Shown in pieces: positions 5,942 to 6,013 of a stretch of 6,013 nt of DNA. Under the pieces are notes generated by a model. It was not told the DNA's origin and searched no databases. It worked only from the letters and a program-made list of their open reading frames with translations. The position numbers were made by a program, and so were the translations under genes. Location: the NCBI GenBank assembly GCA_054661495.1, contig BAAFSQ010000457.1:1-6013 (forward strand), read 5' to 3'. The number at the start of each line of letters is the position of its first letter. Position 1 is the first letter of the stretch. Origin of the DNA: Zygophlyctis sp. KS116. Taxonomy: Eukaryota; Fungi; Chytridiomycota.

Positions 5942-6013
5942 CAGGAGAAGAATTGATATTTTAAGATTCTCAATGGAAAATTCATTATTTCAATCTCAAG
6001 CTGCATTCTTAAC

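Overview
The window holds one complete, apparently intact and very recent Ty3/Gypsy chromovirus-type LTR retrotransposon at 764-5936 (5,173 bp) in AT-rich eukaryotic DNA. The host is probably fungal, but it cannot be identified from this sequence. The element has two 266-bp LTRs that look identical (TG...CA), a 5-bp AGAAA target-site duplication, and a single 1565-aa ORF encoding Gag-PR-RT-RNaseH-IN-chromodomain. Five points stand out. (1) The ORF runs through the polypurine tract and 91 nt into the 3' LTR, adding a basic 29-aa tail whose end (KLKLRLT) closely resembles the BET ET-domain-binding motif of MLV integrase (PLKIRLT). (2) The adjacent chromodomain has a degenerate aromatic cage. (3) There is no tRNA-type PBS; the post-LTR sequence is instead complementary to a 9-mer inside the LTR, as in Tf1-type self-priming, and that 9-mer also sits in a competing hairpin made with a 25-bp LTR duplication. 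(4) U3 carries an 11-bp-period array of TGACTCA-like (Gcn4/AP-1) sites followed by MCB-like ACGCGT sites. (5) Gag has an atypical Cys/His cluster. The flanks hold a probable 3' end of a host gene and some poorly supported ORF fragments.
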